A DNA stretch of 64,000 bases, from the NCBI GenBank assembly GCA_963667175.2, contig CAXXXF010000004.1:320001-384000 (forward strand). The letters are read 5' to 3'. A program made the position numbers and the translations under genes. The DNA comes from Candidatus Latescibacterota bacterium. Its GTDB lineage: Bacteria > Latescibacterota > UBA2968 > GCA-2709665. The notes beneath the pieces are model-generated. The model was not told the DNA's origin and did not search any database. It worked only from the letters and a program-made list of their open reading frames with translations. Positions 39,639 through 50,262 of the stretch are shown here, piece by piece (position 1 is the stretch's first letter; the number at the start of each line of letters is the position of its first letter).

Positions 39639-42011
39639 TCACTCGACCACCCGGAACACCACGTGCCGTTCCGCGATTTGTCCCGTGTAGAGATCCTTCA
39701 CGCTAACGATCAGCTTGTGAAAACCGGCGGGAGTGTCGTTCGATTCAATCTGCAGGAAGGTGAAGTCATCCGTCTGATCTCCCTCGTATCGCGCCGTGAC
39801 CGTCGTCTCAGTGCCTTCCCTTGAACGAGGCGTATTCTCGATCTCCTCGGAGATTTTGTTTCGTTCCGGAAGGATGTACTTCATACGATACCTCACGGAC
39901 TCCTGAATCTCATCCCGCCAGAGGTCGTCCTCGCTGTCAATCGCAGGTTCCTTGATGATCCTCCGGACCTCCACCCTGGCGGCGGCGCCCGGCGCGTCCG
40001 TGGCGGCGAACCGTTCGGGATGGATTTCTCCGCGGTCCGGCCGGGTCAGCCGATAGGAAATCCGGAATTTTGTTCGGCCGAATCTGTCTCTCTTGAGGTT
40101 GTAGATCTCGAGATAGATGAAGACGGGCTCGGACCGGCCGAAGGTGTGAAGCGGGTTGGGGGTGACAAGCAGATCGTCGCGCCCTTCGGGGAACGCGGTT
40201 TTCGGCCGGATCCGGGAGGCCAGCAGCAGGTCGCTCATCGCCAGCAACGAATCGCGCGAACCGAATATCCGCAATTCGCGGAAGGTTCCTATGGATCCCG
40301 TACCGCGGTCCCGGACCTCCACAACAAGACGATGCTGCCGCGGGGCGACCCTCAGCGTCCGGTACGACACCATGTGGTTGCGCCGCAGACTGTTGCTCTT
40401 CGTTTCAGTCCCGGTGTCGAATTCAGGCCACTGCATGGTGACGTCCATCTTCTTCCGGTAGACCTCGTCCCACTGCTCGTCGAACAGAAACACCCCGTCC
40501 TCCAGGTCCAGAAAGCCCTCAGGCTCGTTCACCTGAACCCGCGACTTCGGAATGGCATAGGCGAACTCGACGCGAATACTGTCACGCTCCCTGAAAGCGG
40601 CGACTTGGCGAGGCATCCGATATTTCACGTCACGATAGGGGTCAACGTAACGCTGTGGTGTTTTTTGAAATACCTGTCGTGCGTGTGGCCGCGTTCCTTT
40701 CAAACGTTCCCGTCGGCTTTTTCCCGAATAAAAATCTCCCAGATCGTCTCGCATCCTTGTAATCTTGAATACACTCTTACCCACACACACCCAATAGTCC
40801 TTCGTCGATTCTCTCGCACCCTTTCCTGTATTCGATCCTCGCGCAAAACGCCAGGCGTCCAAACCGTCACCGTTCTCGAACCAAATTCGAAACTTCTCAT
40901 AATTCCAAACCTTCCAGTTGGTAAAGACATCTCGTCCTATATATCGTCCGAATTTGATGAACGCTTTCCCCGGATCAGTCTGCCACCCCATAATGCCCAT
41001 AAAAGGGCGGGAAAACCTGAGATTAGCGTAAGCAACCCGCCCATAGTGTTCCATCTTTCGCTCATTAAATTCCGTCAGAAACAGGGGATCCTGCTTGCGC
41101 CAGAAGCCTTTGACACTGTCATTTGTCCAAGTCTCAACTCTATTGAGACCGCTTGCAACTGCCTTCGCCATCCGTCTCGTATCTTCTTTCGACGCGATAA
41201 TGTCCACCGACTCCATCAAGGATCGCTCCTCGACGTTCATTCGTTCAATGGCTCGCCGGTAATAGTCATGCGCTGCCTCCATTTCGCCGAGCATCTGATA
41301 GCCCAGACCACAGAACATAAATGCATCCTTGTTGTCGGGGGAATGCCTCAGAAGACGCTTGAACAGCAATACCAACGCTCCCGGTTTTCCAGTCTCGACA
41401 TGGAGGAGTCCCAGCATGTTGTACGCGCCTCGAAATCCTGGATCCGCTTCAATGCTTTGCCTCAAATACCCGTACGCGCGTTCCACGGCTTTTTCGGCGA
41501 AAGCATTCCAGTAGAACACGTGAACATTACTAGATTTCTCGAAGGATACGAATTCCTTCTTATCGATCAACGCGAGATACTCCTGTACCGCGAAAAACCC
41601 CGCCCAATATGCGCCTTCAGCATTGCCAGTGTATTCCCTTGCAAGTTCTTGAAATTGTCGTTCCGCATTGTACGTGAAACCCTGGCTGCTTAGCAACTCA
41701 CCCATTGTCAACTGGTATTCGTTGTTCGCCGGATCAAGCCGTATGGCCTCGTTCAGCGCGTTGCGAGCGCTCTGACGCGTAAGTGGCGTGTTAATTTCCA
41801 TGTACAGTTTTGCGATCTGATGATGCGCTGGCGCAAATTCCCAGTTTAACTTCAAGACTCGCTCAAACGACCCGATGCTCACCTTCGGAGGCACCTGACC
41901 GACCTGCGCCAATGCCTTCCGAAAGAGCGAATCCATTCGCGCAGACTTCGTCAAAGCGAGAACTTCGCTTGCCGACAGGAACACCAGCACCAGGACCACC
42001 AGTTGTCTCAT
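39639..42011 (-). CDS. Exported TPR + GWxTD-domain protein (GWxTDxG subtype)
   Basis: Likely start MRQLVV at 42011; GWQTDPGKAFIKFG; close paralog of 23798..26170. Confidence 0.9.
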   Translation of the reverse strand: MRQLVVLVLVFLSASEVLALTKSARMDSLFRKALAQVGQVPPKVSIGSFERVLKLNWEFAPAHHQIAKLYMEINTPLTRQSARNALNEAIRLDPANNEYQLTMGELLSSQGFTYNAERQFQELAREYTGNAEGAYWAGFFAVQEYLALIDKKEFVSFEKSSNVHVFYWNAFAEKAVERAYGYLRQSIEADPGFRGAYNMLGLLHVETGKPGALVLLFKRLLRHSPDNKDAFMFCGLGYQMLGEMEAAHDYYRRAIERMNVEERSLMESVDIIASKEDTRRMAKAVASGLNRVETWTNDSVKGFWRKQDPLFLTEFNERKMEHYGRVAYANLRFSRPFMGIMGWQTDPGKAFIKFGRYIGRDVFTNWKVWNYEKFRIWFENGDGLDAWRFARGSNTGKGARESTKDYWVCVGKSVFKITRMRDDLGDFYSGKSRRERLKGTRPHARQVFQKTPQRYVDPYRDVKYRMPRQVAAFRERDSIRVEFAYAIPKSRVQVNEPEGFLDLEDGVFLFDEQWDEVYRKKMDVTMQWPEFDTGTETKSNSLRRNHMVSYRTLRVAPRQHRLVVEVRDRGTGSIGTFRELRIFGSRDSLLAMSDLLLASRIRPKTAFPEGRDDLLVTPNPLHTFGRSEPVFIYLEIYNLKRDRFGRTKFRISYRLTRPDRGEIHPERFAATDAPGAAARVEVRRIIKEPAIDSEDDLWRDEIQESVRYRMKYILPERNKISEEIENTPRSREGTETTVTARYEGDQTDDFTFLQIESNDTPAGFHKLIVSVKDLYTGQIAERHVVFRVVE

Positions 42012-42064
42012 CGCCTTGACCCTCCGGCATGACGACGGTGTATTCAACCGCCGGTTTTGGCAGG

Positions 42065-44488
42065 CTAATCAATCACCCGGAACAACACATCGCGGGACAC
42101 CACGTCATCGTTATGCACATCTCTAATCCGCACTGACAGGCGGTGCACGCCCGCAGGCACGTGGCTCAGGTCAATCTGCAGATACGTGAAGTCATCCTCC
42201 CGGCTGCCCTCGTAGCGCGCCGTGATCGTCGTCTCCACACCCTCTTTGCTCCGGCCCATCCTCTTGATCCGGCTGGCGAGTTCATCTTCTTGCGGAAAGA
42301 CGTACCTCACGCGGTACGTCACCTCTTCTTCTCGTCCCCGTTCGAATAGGTCCGGGCTCACGTATCGGCCAGGTACGAAAACACCCGGCGGAGTCTGATC
42401 TTCATCCATTGCGAGCCGTGCCGGGAGACCTGGTTCGCCCCTGTGTATCGCTCGCGCGCGTGTCAATTCCAATTGAACGTCTCCATCCGGCAACCGCTGT
42501 GCCATGAACAGGAACGGATCGATTTCCTCCGGTTTCGGACGGCCGATCTGATACGAGATCTCATACTCCGTGCGCCCGTACCTGTCCCGCTTGAGATTGT
42601 ACGCCTCCAGATAGATGAACGCGGGTTCCCACCGATGGTAGCTCCGCAGTGGATTCGCCACAATCCTGAGATCGCGCCTTCCTTCCGGAAACGGCGTTCG
42701 CGATTCGATTTGTGTGGCCAGCATCAAATCGCTCATTGACAACAGAGAATCTACTGCCTCGGACCTGCGCCTTTCCCGAAACGTCCCGATCGACCCGCGC
42801 ATCCGGTCACGAACCTCGCCAACCAGATTATAACTGCCGTTCGGCACCTCGAACGCCAATTGAAACACCAGATGACTATTCCTCATGCTGTCCGCAGCGG
42901 GATACCCGCCGGGTGTCAGCTCCGGCCACTTCAGGGTTAGATCGGAATGCTTGCGATACACCTCGTCCCACTCCTCATTAAACACGAAAACTCCATTCTC
43001 GATAGCAATGGTCCTGCCCGAATCCACTACAGTCACGTTGTACCTGGGCAGCGCATAGGCCAGTTCCAAGCGGTGGCTGTCGCCGTCGCGGAAGATTGCA
43101 ACCTGGTATGGGATTCTGTATTTGTAATGACCATATGGGTCTATAAAATGGGTAGGTTGATAATTGAACACATATCGACTCGATGTCCGACCCGGGCGGG
43201 TATCGAAACGCCAGGAATCCAGCCCGTCGCTATTGACAAAGGAAATCGTAAATCCCTCGTAGATCCACGTCTCGTCACCGCCGTGGAAATCTCGGCGGAA
43301 CTTGCCATCGAACGAGTCAACACCGCCTCCGATTTCAGGGCGCTCTGCCTTCTTTTTCAGATACCGCCCGAACTTGACATATGCCTTCCCGCGGTCTGTC
43401 TTCCATCCCGGTATTCCCTTCAGTCGCTGCCCATATCGGAGATTGGCATACGCTACGCGTCCATAGTGTTCCAATCGACGTTCGCTGAATGCCGTCAGGT
43501 AAAGAGGATCGCGTTTTCGCCAGAATCGCACCCGCTCACGGCTTTCCTTCCATGCGTTTTGGTTCGCATAGGTCGTCGCATTTGAATCAATCGCCGATAG
43601 TTCCTTCTGGCTCGCAATCACGTCCACAGACTCCATTAGCGCGCGTTCCTCCGCCGACATTCCCTCCAATGCGCGCCTGTAATACCCATGAGCTGTTTCC
43701 CATTCTCCGATCCCCTGGTATCCCAACCCACAATAGAGCAACGCGTCCTTGTCCGCGGGATACTGGTCCAGACACAGCTTTGATGCCGTTACCAATCCTT
43801 TGGGGTTCTTGCTCTCATAATGAATCAGTCCCAGATCATAGTAAGCTTCTCGATAGCCAGGGTCGGTGTCGATGCTTTTGGTGAGGAATTCCAGTGCTTT
43901 CTCGCGGTCTCGCGAACCGAATTCCTCCCATCGAAACAGGTGATATGACGGGCCGCCCGCCCCAACCGTAACGTCTATATGCTCCATATCTATGTACTTA
44001 AAGAATGCTTGCATCGCAAAAAAGCCCACCATATATGCCGCCTGGGCGCGTTTTTCAGGATGGGTCTCACATATCCTCTCATAATGCTCTTCTGCATTTA
44101 GCCAGAGCCCCTGGTTGCCGAGTAATTCACCGAGCGTCATCTGATAATCACCATTTCTCGGCTCCAGCCGAATCGCCGCATCCAGGGCATTCCGAGCACT
44201 CTGGCGATCCATCGGCGTACCGAGCGACATATACAGCTTTGCAATTTCGTAATGGGCCGGTGAGTAGTCCCGGTCCGCCTTCAATACGTCACGAAATGCC
44301 TTCAGGCTCTCCTCGACGGTGACCTCATCAACCTGGTCCAGTGCTGTCTCATAGAGCCTGTCGGCAGCCTGCGTCGTGTTGGCGGAAAGCGGTATTGCGA
44401 GATGGTATCCAGGGCACAGCACAACTAACGCGATAGAGCTCAATGTGACACGGCATCGTCGCATGCGATGCGCTATCAGAGACGGCAT
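42065..44488 (-). CDS. Exported TPR + GWxTD-domain protein (GWxTDxG subtype)
   Basis: Likely start MPSLIAH at 44488; GWKTDRGKAYVKFG. Confidence 0.9.
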   Translation of the reverse strand: MPSLIAHRMRRCRVTLSSIALVVLCPGYHLAIPLSANTTQAADRLYETALDQVDEVTVEESLKAFRDVLKADRDYSPAHYEIAKLYMSLGTPMDRQSARNALDAAIRLEPRNGDYQMTLGELLGNQGLWLNAEEHYERICETHPEKRAQAAYMVGFFAMQAFFKYIDMEHIDVTVGAGGPSYHLFRWEEFGSRDREKALEFLTKSIDTDPGYREAYYDLGLIHYESKNPKGLVTASKLCLDQYPADKDALLYCGLGYQGIGEWETAHGYYRRALEGMSAEERALMESVDVIASQKELSAIDSNATTYANQNAWKESRERVRFWRKRDPLYLTAFSERRLEHYGRVAYANLRYGQRLKGIPGWKTDRGKAYVKFGRYLKKKAERPEIGGGVDSFDGKFRRDFHGGDETWIYEGFTISFVNSDGLDSWRFDTRPGRTSSRYVFNYQPTHFIDPYGHYKYRIPYQVAIFRDGDSHRLELAYALPRYNVTVVDSGRTIAIENGVFVFNEEWDEVYRKHSDLTLKWPELTPGGYPAADSMRNSHLVFQLAFEVPNGSYNLVGEVRDRMRGSIGTFRERRRSEAVDSLLSMSDLMLATQIESRTPFPEGRRDLRIVANPLRSYHRWEPAFIYLEAYNLKRDRYGRTEYEISYQIGRPKPEEIDPFLFMAQRLPDGDVQLELTRARAIHRGEPGLPARLAMDEDQTPPGVFVPGRYVSPDLFERGREEEVTYRVRYVFPQEDELASRIKRMGRSKEGVETTITARYEGSREDDFTYLQIDLSHVPAGVHRLSVRIRDVHNDDVVSRDVLFRVID

Positions 44489-44767
44489 TGGAACACCTCT
44501 CAAACTCTCGGCGAGGCGATTTATTACCAAGAGCAGCAAATGGATGACGGCTTAAGTTCCTGCTAAAGTGGAAGGGGACTTGCCGGAACGGGGACGCTGA
44601 GTTTGTCGAAGCGCCCGCGCTTCGGTGCCTTTGTGACCCTTCGCCGACCCTTCGTCAAACTCAGGACACCGCATTCTCAGGGCGCGGCTCAGGGTGCCAG
44701 GCCATTGGTGTGTAATAATGTAAATTGTAGAGTGCTCCTTTTAATAGCCGAGATTAATATCCGCCAG

Positions 44768-44876
44768 CCCTTCCTTCCTAAAAGACACGGCCCACGCGCC
44801 ATGGGTTCAAAAAGAGCCCGGAAACCGCGTCTTCCGGACTCTTTCCGCGCCTGGACAATGAAATTTGGGTAACCCG
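44768..44876 (-). promoter_or_regulatory. Conserved block-start element, copy 3
   Basis: AGAGTCCGGAA-loop-TTCCGGGCTCT-TTTT followed by GAACCC-N17-TCT. Preceded by a short GWxTD tail remnant (DALFRVIE, ~44897-44922). Confidence 0.6.
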
Positions 44877-45045
44877 TGCCTGCGCCCTTTCCATTCGATT
44901 CAATCACACGGAACAACGCATCAGGCGCGGCCACGCCGGTGGGGGGTCCTGAACGCCTTCACGACCCTACCGCAAGAATGCCCGGCCCCGAGCCAATCCC
45001 TGACTTTAAATGAATCTCAATTCTTCAGGTGAACGGGCGACGCCG

Positions 45046-46143
45046 CTATAACGGCTGAGGTCTGTACACCAGAACTTGATCTGTGGATACGTCGTTGATC
45101 ATCCCGCCAAAAACGAGCACACGGGCGTCACGAAGGGCTGTCACCGAATACCACATGCGTTCATACCCAACGTTGTCTCCATTGCGATGATAACTGTCGG
45201 TGCTCGAATCGTAGAGAACCACATGGCCATTTATGCCGCCCATCAGAAACAAAATGCCTGTCGGCAACAGGACAACTGCATGTAAGGGGGCGATGCGTGG
45301 ATCTCCCGCTGGCGTGAACAACTCAGTGGCCGGGTCATACCGCTCCGCGGCGGTTTCGTCCTCGGGATCATCTACGTTGCCTGTCTCTCCGCCAAGAATC
45401 AACACCGTACCATCCAGAAGGAGTACAGCCCAGTGCCCCCAACGTTCGTGCCGCAGATCGCCAACACGGACAAGAGTATTTGACGAAGGGTCGTAGACGT
45501 CAGCTCTCTTGAGGGCGCCGGTGGCATTGGCGCCACCGACGATTAGAACTCGACCGTCCTGTAACAAAGTCGCGGAATGGTCAGAGCGGGGAACGTCCAT
45601 TTTCGTCAGAAATTCGAACTGCCAGGAATCGGGATCGAAACGGCTCACATTTCCTTGTGTGTCCGTCGTTAGCAAATCACCGGTGGGAAGCGCCGTAATC
45701 GTTGCATCCCTTGTCAGTTCGGGCCTGTCCTCCATAGCGAAGAAACGTCCTGACCGTGGATCGTAGACTTCGGGCGGATCAAAAGAGGTACCTTTAATGA
45801 GGATCCGACCGTCTGGAAGCAACATTGCACGGTCTCTGAAACGACTGACCGACATGCTTCCCGTTACAGTCGAGGTTCCGGTGTCGGGATCGAATAGCTC
45901 CGCTGTGGCATGGCGAAATGCGCGCGACGAGTGGTACGGCCGATCCGTCCGGGAACCACCGGTGATCAGAACCCTTCCGTCCTGAAGCAATACCGACGCC
46001 GGCCAGAAACGCTGAAAGTTCATGCGTCCCGCCAACTTGAACCCCTTCAGTTCTGCTCCAACCTCCGAAGAGGTCGGCACGCTTCTACCGCAGCCTGTCA
46101 TGTTCCAGGCAATGATCAGCGCGGATACGATTCTACCGGTCAT
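45046..46143 (-). CDS. Kelch-repeat lipoprotein (intact)
   Basis: Lipobox-like NMTGC; Kelch blades LLQDGRVLI.GG...DP. Confidence 0.88.
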   Translation of the reverse strand: MTGRIVSALIIAWNMTGCGRSVPTSSEVGAELKGFKLAGRMNFQRFWPASVLLQDGRVLITGGSRTDRPYHSSRAFRHATAELFDPDTGTSTVTGSMSVSRFRDRAMLLPDGRILIKGTSFDPPEVYDPRSGRFFAMEDRPELTRDATITALPTGDLLTTDTQGNVSRFDPDSWQFEFLTKMDVPRSDHSATLLQDGRVLIVGGANATGALKRADVYDPSSNTLVRVGDLRHERWGHWAVLLLDGTVLILGGETGNVDDPEDETAAERYDPATELFTPAGDPRIAPLHAVVLLPTGILFLMGGINGHVVLYDSSTDSYHRNGDNVGYERMWYSVTALRDARVLVFGGMINDVSTDQVLVYRPQPL

Positions 46144-46632
46144 TTGGTGTTCTTCTGTCGATGTGAATATTTCTGCGCGTGGCCATTGCTTGCATGGACG
46201 GACGTGCCGCCCGCCAGGTAGGGCGTGGCGCCAGTCGCCCGGGCATCATCCGATGCCACAGTAGATCCTTCGTCGGACTCATGCACCCGTCGACATGACG
46301 CGATGCGGGCAGACAGGAATGTCCGCCCCACCTTCAAACCCAGGTTCTGCGGTTCGCCAGGGCTGTCGATCGCTTTGCGTTGTAGGCTAAGGCACGCTCA
46401 GTACATCACAGACGGCGGCCGGGCGACCGTGCAGCAAACTAACAGTTTGCTCTACCAGATCAAGCGCACTCATCACCGAATCGGGCTCAGTCGCACTGTA
46501 GGGGCGCCCCTTGTGGGCGCCCGGCATCCCGCTACGGAAGCGATCGGCCGGCCTGTCATTCTGAGCGACGTCGACGCAGGCAGACAGCAGTGTCTACCCC
46601 ACCCTCACAACGGCTTCCTTTGCAGGAGAGCA

Positions 46633-47670
46633 TTATCGCGCGATGACGAAGACCGCGTCTTTCTCCGCCGATTTGCCGGCGTTCCTGTCGTTGATCGTTA
46701 CCTTCAGCGTATATCGACCCGGAAGAAGCTCGGCGAGGTCCAATTCCACGTATTCCACTTCCTGCGCGGCCTCGCCCTGCTGTTCGTACGTAACGGCCAG
46801 TTCTTCTCTCTTGCCGGTCTTCCACCGGAACAGGCGAGAGATGTTGCTCATCGTGACCGGCGGGTCCGCGGACGTGATCGAATAGGATACGTAGTAGTCC
46901 GTCCAGCCGAACGCGTCCTTCGCGATGTTGTAGATTTCGTAGTAGACGAAGACGCTTTGACCTTTCTTGTAGGTTCGGGATGGCATCGGAACGACGTTCA
47001 GGTCGCCCTTGTTAAAACGGCTGTCCGCTTTTTCCGCGGCTACATGCCAGGCCAGTTCCAGGTCGCTGATCTGCAGCCGATCGTCGCCGTACGGCTCCAC
47101 GACAACGTGTTGACAATAGGCGCCCATGTCCACGGCCTTTCGCGCGTCCTTTTCCCTGTGCCGGTCGGCGCGAATTGCGAGGCGATTCCCTTCCGGAGAA
47201 ACGGCAATGTCCATTGGATTCAGTTCAGGCGGGAGCGGCCAGCGGCTCTCGTCCGAACCGTCGACATTGACGAGCCAGGTACGGTTTTTGTCAATCGGCA
47301 GGGTGCGCCCGCCCGAGAGGTACGATCCGAATGCAGGATATCTGAGACTGCGTTCCAGATAGACCAAGGCGCTGCCATCACGCAGGAATCCGAGGGAGCC
47401 CGCCGAGCCAGGACAGGTCCTGATCCTTTCGCGACTGGCACCGCCGTCTCGGGACAGCCATATCTCCGCGAGCAACGCTCTCCGTTCGCCGCGTTGGACG
47501 GTATAAGCGAGCGTGCTCCCGTCCGGAGACCGAGCCGGGCGGTTTTCTCTTGAAAATGTGGGCAGGGGAAACAGAAGCGTTACGGCAATTAAAAACGCAT
47601 AGTGAGGGCGGCTCGGGCTGGGCGAATTCCCGAGTGTCTTCCGGCTGATTGTTCTCTTTGAAATTGCCAT
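46633..47670 (-). CDS. Internally deleted in-frame mini-copy of the 32963 GWxTD gene (TPR and GWxTD domains lost)
   Basis: N-terminus matches 32963 up to GNRLAIR, then ADRHREKDARKAV, then GAY.QHVVVEPY...FVIAR C-terminus. Confidence 0.8.
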   Translation of the reverse strand: MAISKRTISRKTLGNSPSPSRPHYAFLIAVTLLFPLPTFSRENRPARSPDGSTLAYTVQRGERRALLAEIWLSRDGGASRERIRTCPGSAGSLGFLRDGSALVYLERSLRYPAFGSYLSGGRTLPIDKNRTWLVNVDGSDESRWPLPPELNPMDIAVSPEGNRLAIRADRHREKDARKAVDMGAYCQHVVVEPYGDDRLQISDLELAWHVAAEKADSRFNKGDLNVVPMPSRTYKKGQSVFVYYEIYNIAKDAFGWTDYYVSYSITSADPPVTMSNISRLFRWKTGKREELAVTYEQQGEAAQEVEYVELDLAELLPGRYTLKVTINDRNAGKSAEKDAVFVIAR

Positions 47671-47784
47671 TCAACAAATCTAATGTGTGGCATGGTGACA
47701 GATGTACCTGAAGTAAGTTCCTTACAAGACTCTGGATCTCGCAACAATAAACAAAAAGTGGCCACCGATCCCGCTTTTCGGGTG

Positions 47785-48831
47785 TTAACGGTGTTCCATC
47801 AGCAGACGAAACCCCTGGTTGCGACCCCAACCAACACCGCGTACACGCATCGCCGACCGCATTTCGAGAGCGGTTCCAACAAAGTATCCCCCTCTGAGAA
47901 CATGGAATGAACCCTCCCATCCGGCATTGGCATTTTCAAACTCCGCGGGATCCGGGGGACCCTTCGGATCGGTCTGCGCCTCTCCTGAATACGGTGCCCA
48001 GTAATCCTGAACCCATTCACGCACATTACCATACATATCGTATAGGCCCCACGGATTCGGTAATACGCCCCCCGTCTCCTGAGGCTCCCGGCTGCCGTAG
48101 ACCACGCGGCCGTCTGGCATCAACGTCGCCGTCCGCGAGTTCTCACGATAGCGGGCATAATCGCCGATACGGCTCGGGTCGTCTCCGAAGAACCATGTCG
48201 TCGTGGTCCCTGCCCTGCATGCGTATTCCCACTCAGCCTCCGTTGGCAACCGGAAAATGTCCCGTCCTTCCGCCTCGTTCAATCTCCGAATGAATGACTT
48301 TATGCGCTCCCACTCCATGCTGCGAGCCGGGTATTTCGACTTCGCGGGATCGTCAGTTGATCCCAACCGCGCCCACGGACGCGTATTCATCACGCTCTGC
48401 CACTGCGCCTGCGTGATTTCATACCTGCCAAGATAGAATCCCTTTGTGATCGTAACTTCATGCCGGGGACCTTCGTCATCCCGCCGCCCGGGCTCAGAAT
48501 CGGGCGACCCCATCAGGAACCTGCCCGGCTGAATCCATACCATCCCCAGCTTTGCGCCACCCGGAAGCGTAATCGTAATCTTCTTTTCAGGCATACCCTC
48601 CCCGAAATGCGTCGCGAAGAGGATGAAATCCGAAAAGTCGACGCTTCCGTTGCCGTCGAGGTCGAAACTGGATTGATTCGACCCGAACGCCTGTGCGAAC
48701 AAAATGAAATCTCCGAAATCCACAATACCATTGGCGTCGAAGTCGGGGTTGCGAGACTGGGCAATGGGAGACTGCCACGCAGCCAACATCACTCCAGCGG
48801 CAAACATCATAACGATGGCATTTCGTTTCAT
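47785..48831 (-). CDS. Exported dockerin-like + FGE-sulfatase-fold protein 3
   Basis: ORF to 49041; likely start MKRNAIV at 48831; same motifs as protein 1. Confidence 0.88.
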   Translation of the reverse strand: MKRNAIVMMFAAGVMLAAWQSPIAQSRNPDFDANGIVDFGDFILFAQAFGSNQSSFDLDGNGSVDFSDFILFATHFGEGMPEKKITITLPGGAKLGMVWIQPGRFLMGSPDSEPGRRDDEGPRHEVTITKGFYLGRYEITQAQWQSVMNTRPWARLGSTDDPAKSKYPARSMEWERIKSFIRRLNEAEGRDIFRLPTEAEWEYACRAGTTTTWFFGDDPSRIGDYARYRENSRTATLMPDGRVVYGSREPQETGGVLPNPWGLYDMYGNVREWVQDYWAPYSGEAQTDPKGPPDPAEFENANAGWEGSFHVLRGGYFVGTALEMRSAMRVRGVGWGRNQGFRLLMEHR

Positions 48832-49230
48832 TATTACACGGCTCCCATTATTACCACGTGCAGTGAATAGTAGACCTGAATTAGTCTGCCTTTTGCGGGT
48901 CATCCAACGTACGCACCTTGAGAAGCTCAATGACGGCGTTTCGACAAGCTCAACGAACGTCATTGAGCCCATTGCCTCCAGGCGCTGCCCCGATGCGCTC
49001 CCTGAGCCTGCCTGCATTGAGCTTGTCGAAATGTCGGCCACGGTGACGAAACCGCATAATGACGGTCAAGACGAACGTGCTTTGCAATGCTCAACTGTTG
49101 TAAAAGTGGATGTAAACCTAAAATGTGCTCGCCGTAGTAACCGCTTTGCCAGACAGGGCCGGCGAATCTCGGAGAGCCCCGGTACGTCGCAAACAACCCA
49201 GTAGAATCCTCGTATCTGCCATCGCCTGAT

Positions 49231-50262
49231 TTATCGATGTTCCATCAACACACGAAACCCAGTGAGAGAGTTTGGTATCCAACCGAGGGATCGTGTAGCC
49301 GACCTGATCCCCGCTGGCTGGTCGAAACTAGAACCTCCTCTTTCGACGTGACTGTATTGTGGAAGTCTTCTTCCAGTGGGACCGTCGGGCCCTTTGGGGT
49401 CGACCTGCGGCGCTTCCGAATACGGTCCATAGTAATCCTGCACCAACTCCCGTACATTCCCGTGCATATCGTACAGGCCCCAGGAGTTCGGAAATCCGCC
49501 CCCGGTTTCCTGCGCCGCTGGGCTTCCGTAGACTGTACGCCCGTCGTCAAGGACGATTGCCGTACGGGAGTTCTCATTATATCGCGCGTAATCGGCAATA
49601 CGAGACGAGTCTTCCCCAAATGACCACGGAGTCGAGGTGCCAGCCCGGCATGCATATTCCCACTCCGCCTCCGTAGGTAGTCGGTAGACATCGGTACTCT
49701 CCAATTCGTTCAATCTTTGGACGAACGATTGGACTTCGTGCCAGCGCATTCTGTTAGCTGGAAAGTTCGCTCTCCCTGAAACTTCGGAAGTCGATCCGAC
49801 TAGCCACGGACGTGTGTTCATCACGCTTTCCCACTGAATCTGCGTGACTTCGTACTTGCCCAGGTAGAACCCCCTTGTTAAAGTAACTTCATGGCGTGGA
49901 CCCTCATCTTCATTCCGGCCGGGCTCGTAAATAGGCGATCCCATCAGGAACCTGCCCGGCTGGATCCAGACCATCTCCAGCTTTGCGCCGCGGGGTAGCG
50001 AAACCGTGATCTCCGCCTCCGGCATTCCCTCCCCGAACTGCTTCGTGAACAGGATGAAATCCGGAAAATCCACGCTTCCATTGCCGTCAAGGTCGAAAAG
50101 GTGTTGATTCGACCCAAAAGCCTGCGCGAACAGGATGAAGTCCCCGAAATCCACGATTCCGTTGGCATCGAAGTCAGCATCGCGGGACTGGGCTATCAGA
50201 GGCTGGTTCAGACTAAACAAAGCCAGAACGGCGAAGTTCAGTGTGAACGTCATTCGTCTCAT
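49231..50262 (-). CDS. Exported dockerin-like + FGE-sulfatase-fold protein 4
   Basis: Same architecture and motifs as protein 1. Confidence 0.9.
   Translation of the reverse strand: MRRMTFTLNFAVLALFSLNQPLIAQSRDADFDANGIVDFGDFILFAQAFGSNQHLFDLDGNGSVDFPDFILFTKQFGEGMPEAEITVSLPRGAKLEMVWIQPGRFLMGSPIYEPGRNEDEGPRHEVTLTRGFYLGKYEVTQIQWESVMNTRPWLVGSTSEVSGRANFPANRMRWHEVQSFVQRLNELESTDVYRLPTEAEWEYACRAGTSTPWSFGEDSSRIADYARYNENSRTAIVLDDGRTVYGSPAAQETGGGFPNSWGLYDMHGNVRELVQDYYGPYSEAPQVDPKGPDGPTGRRLPQYSHVERGGSSFDQPAGIRSATRSLGWIPNSLTGFRVLMEHR

Noticed and set aside
40020-41693. Long plus-strand ORFs (557 aa here; also 6729..8069, 35225..36205 and 46225..47553)
   Set aside because: They are antisense shadows of well-supported minus-strand genes in GC-rich DNA and show no recognisable motifs.
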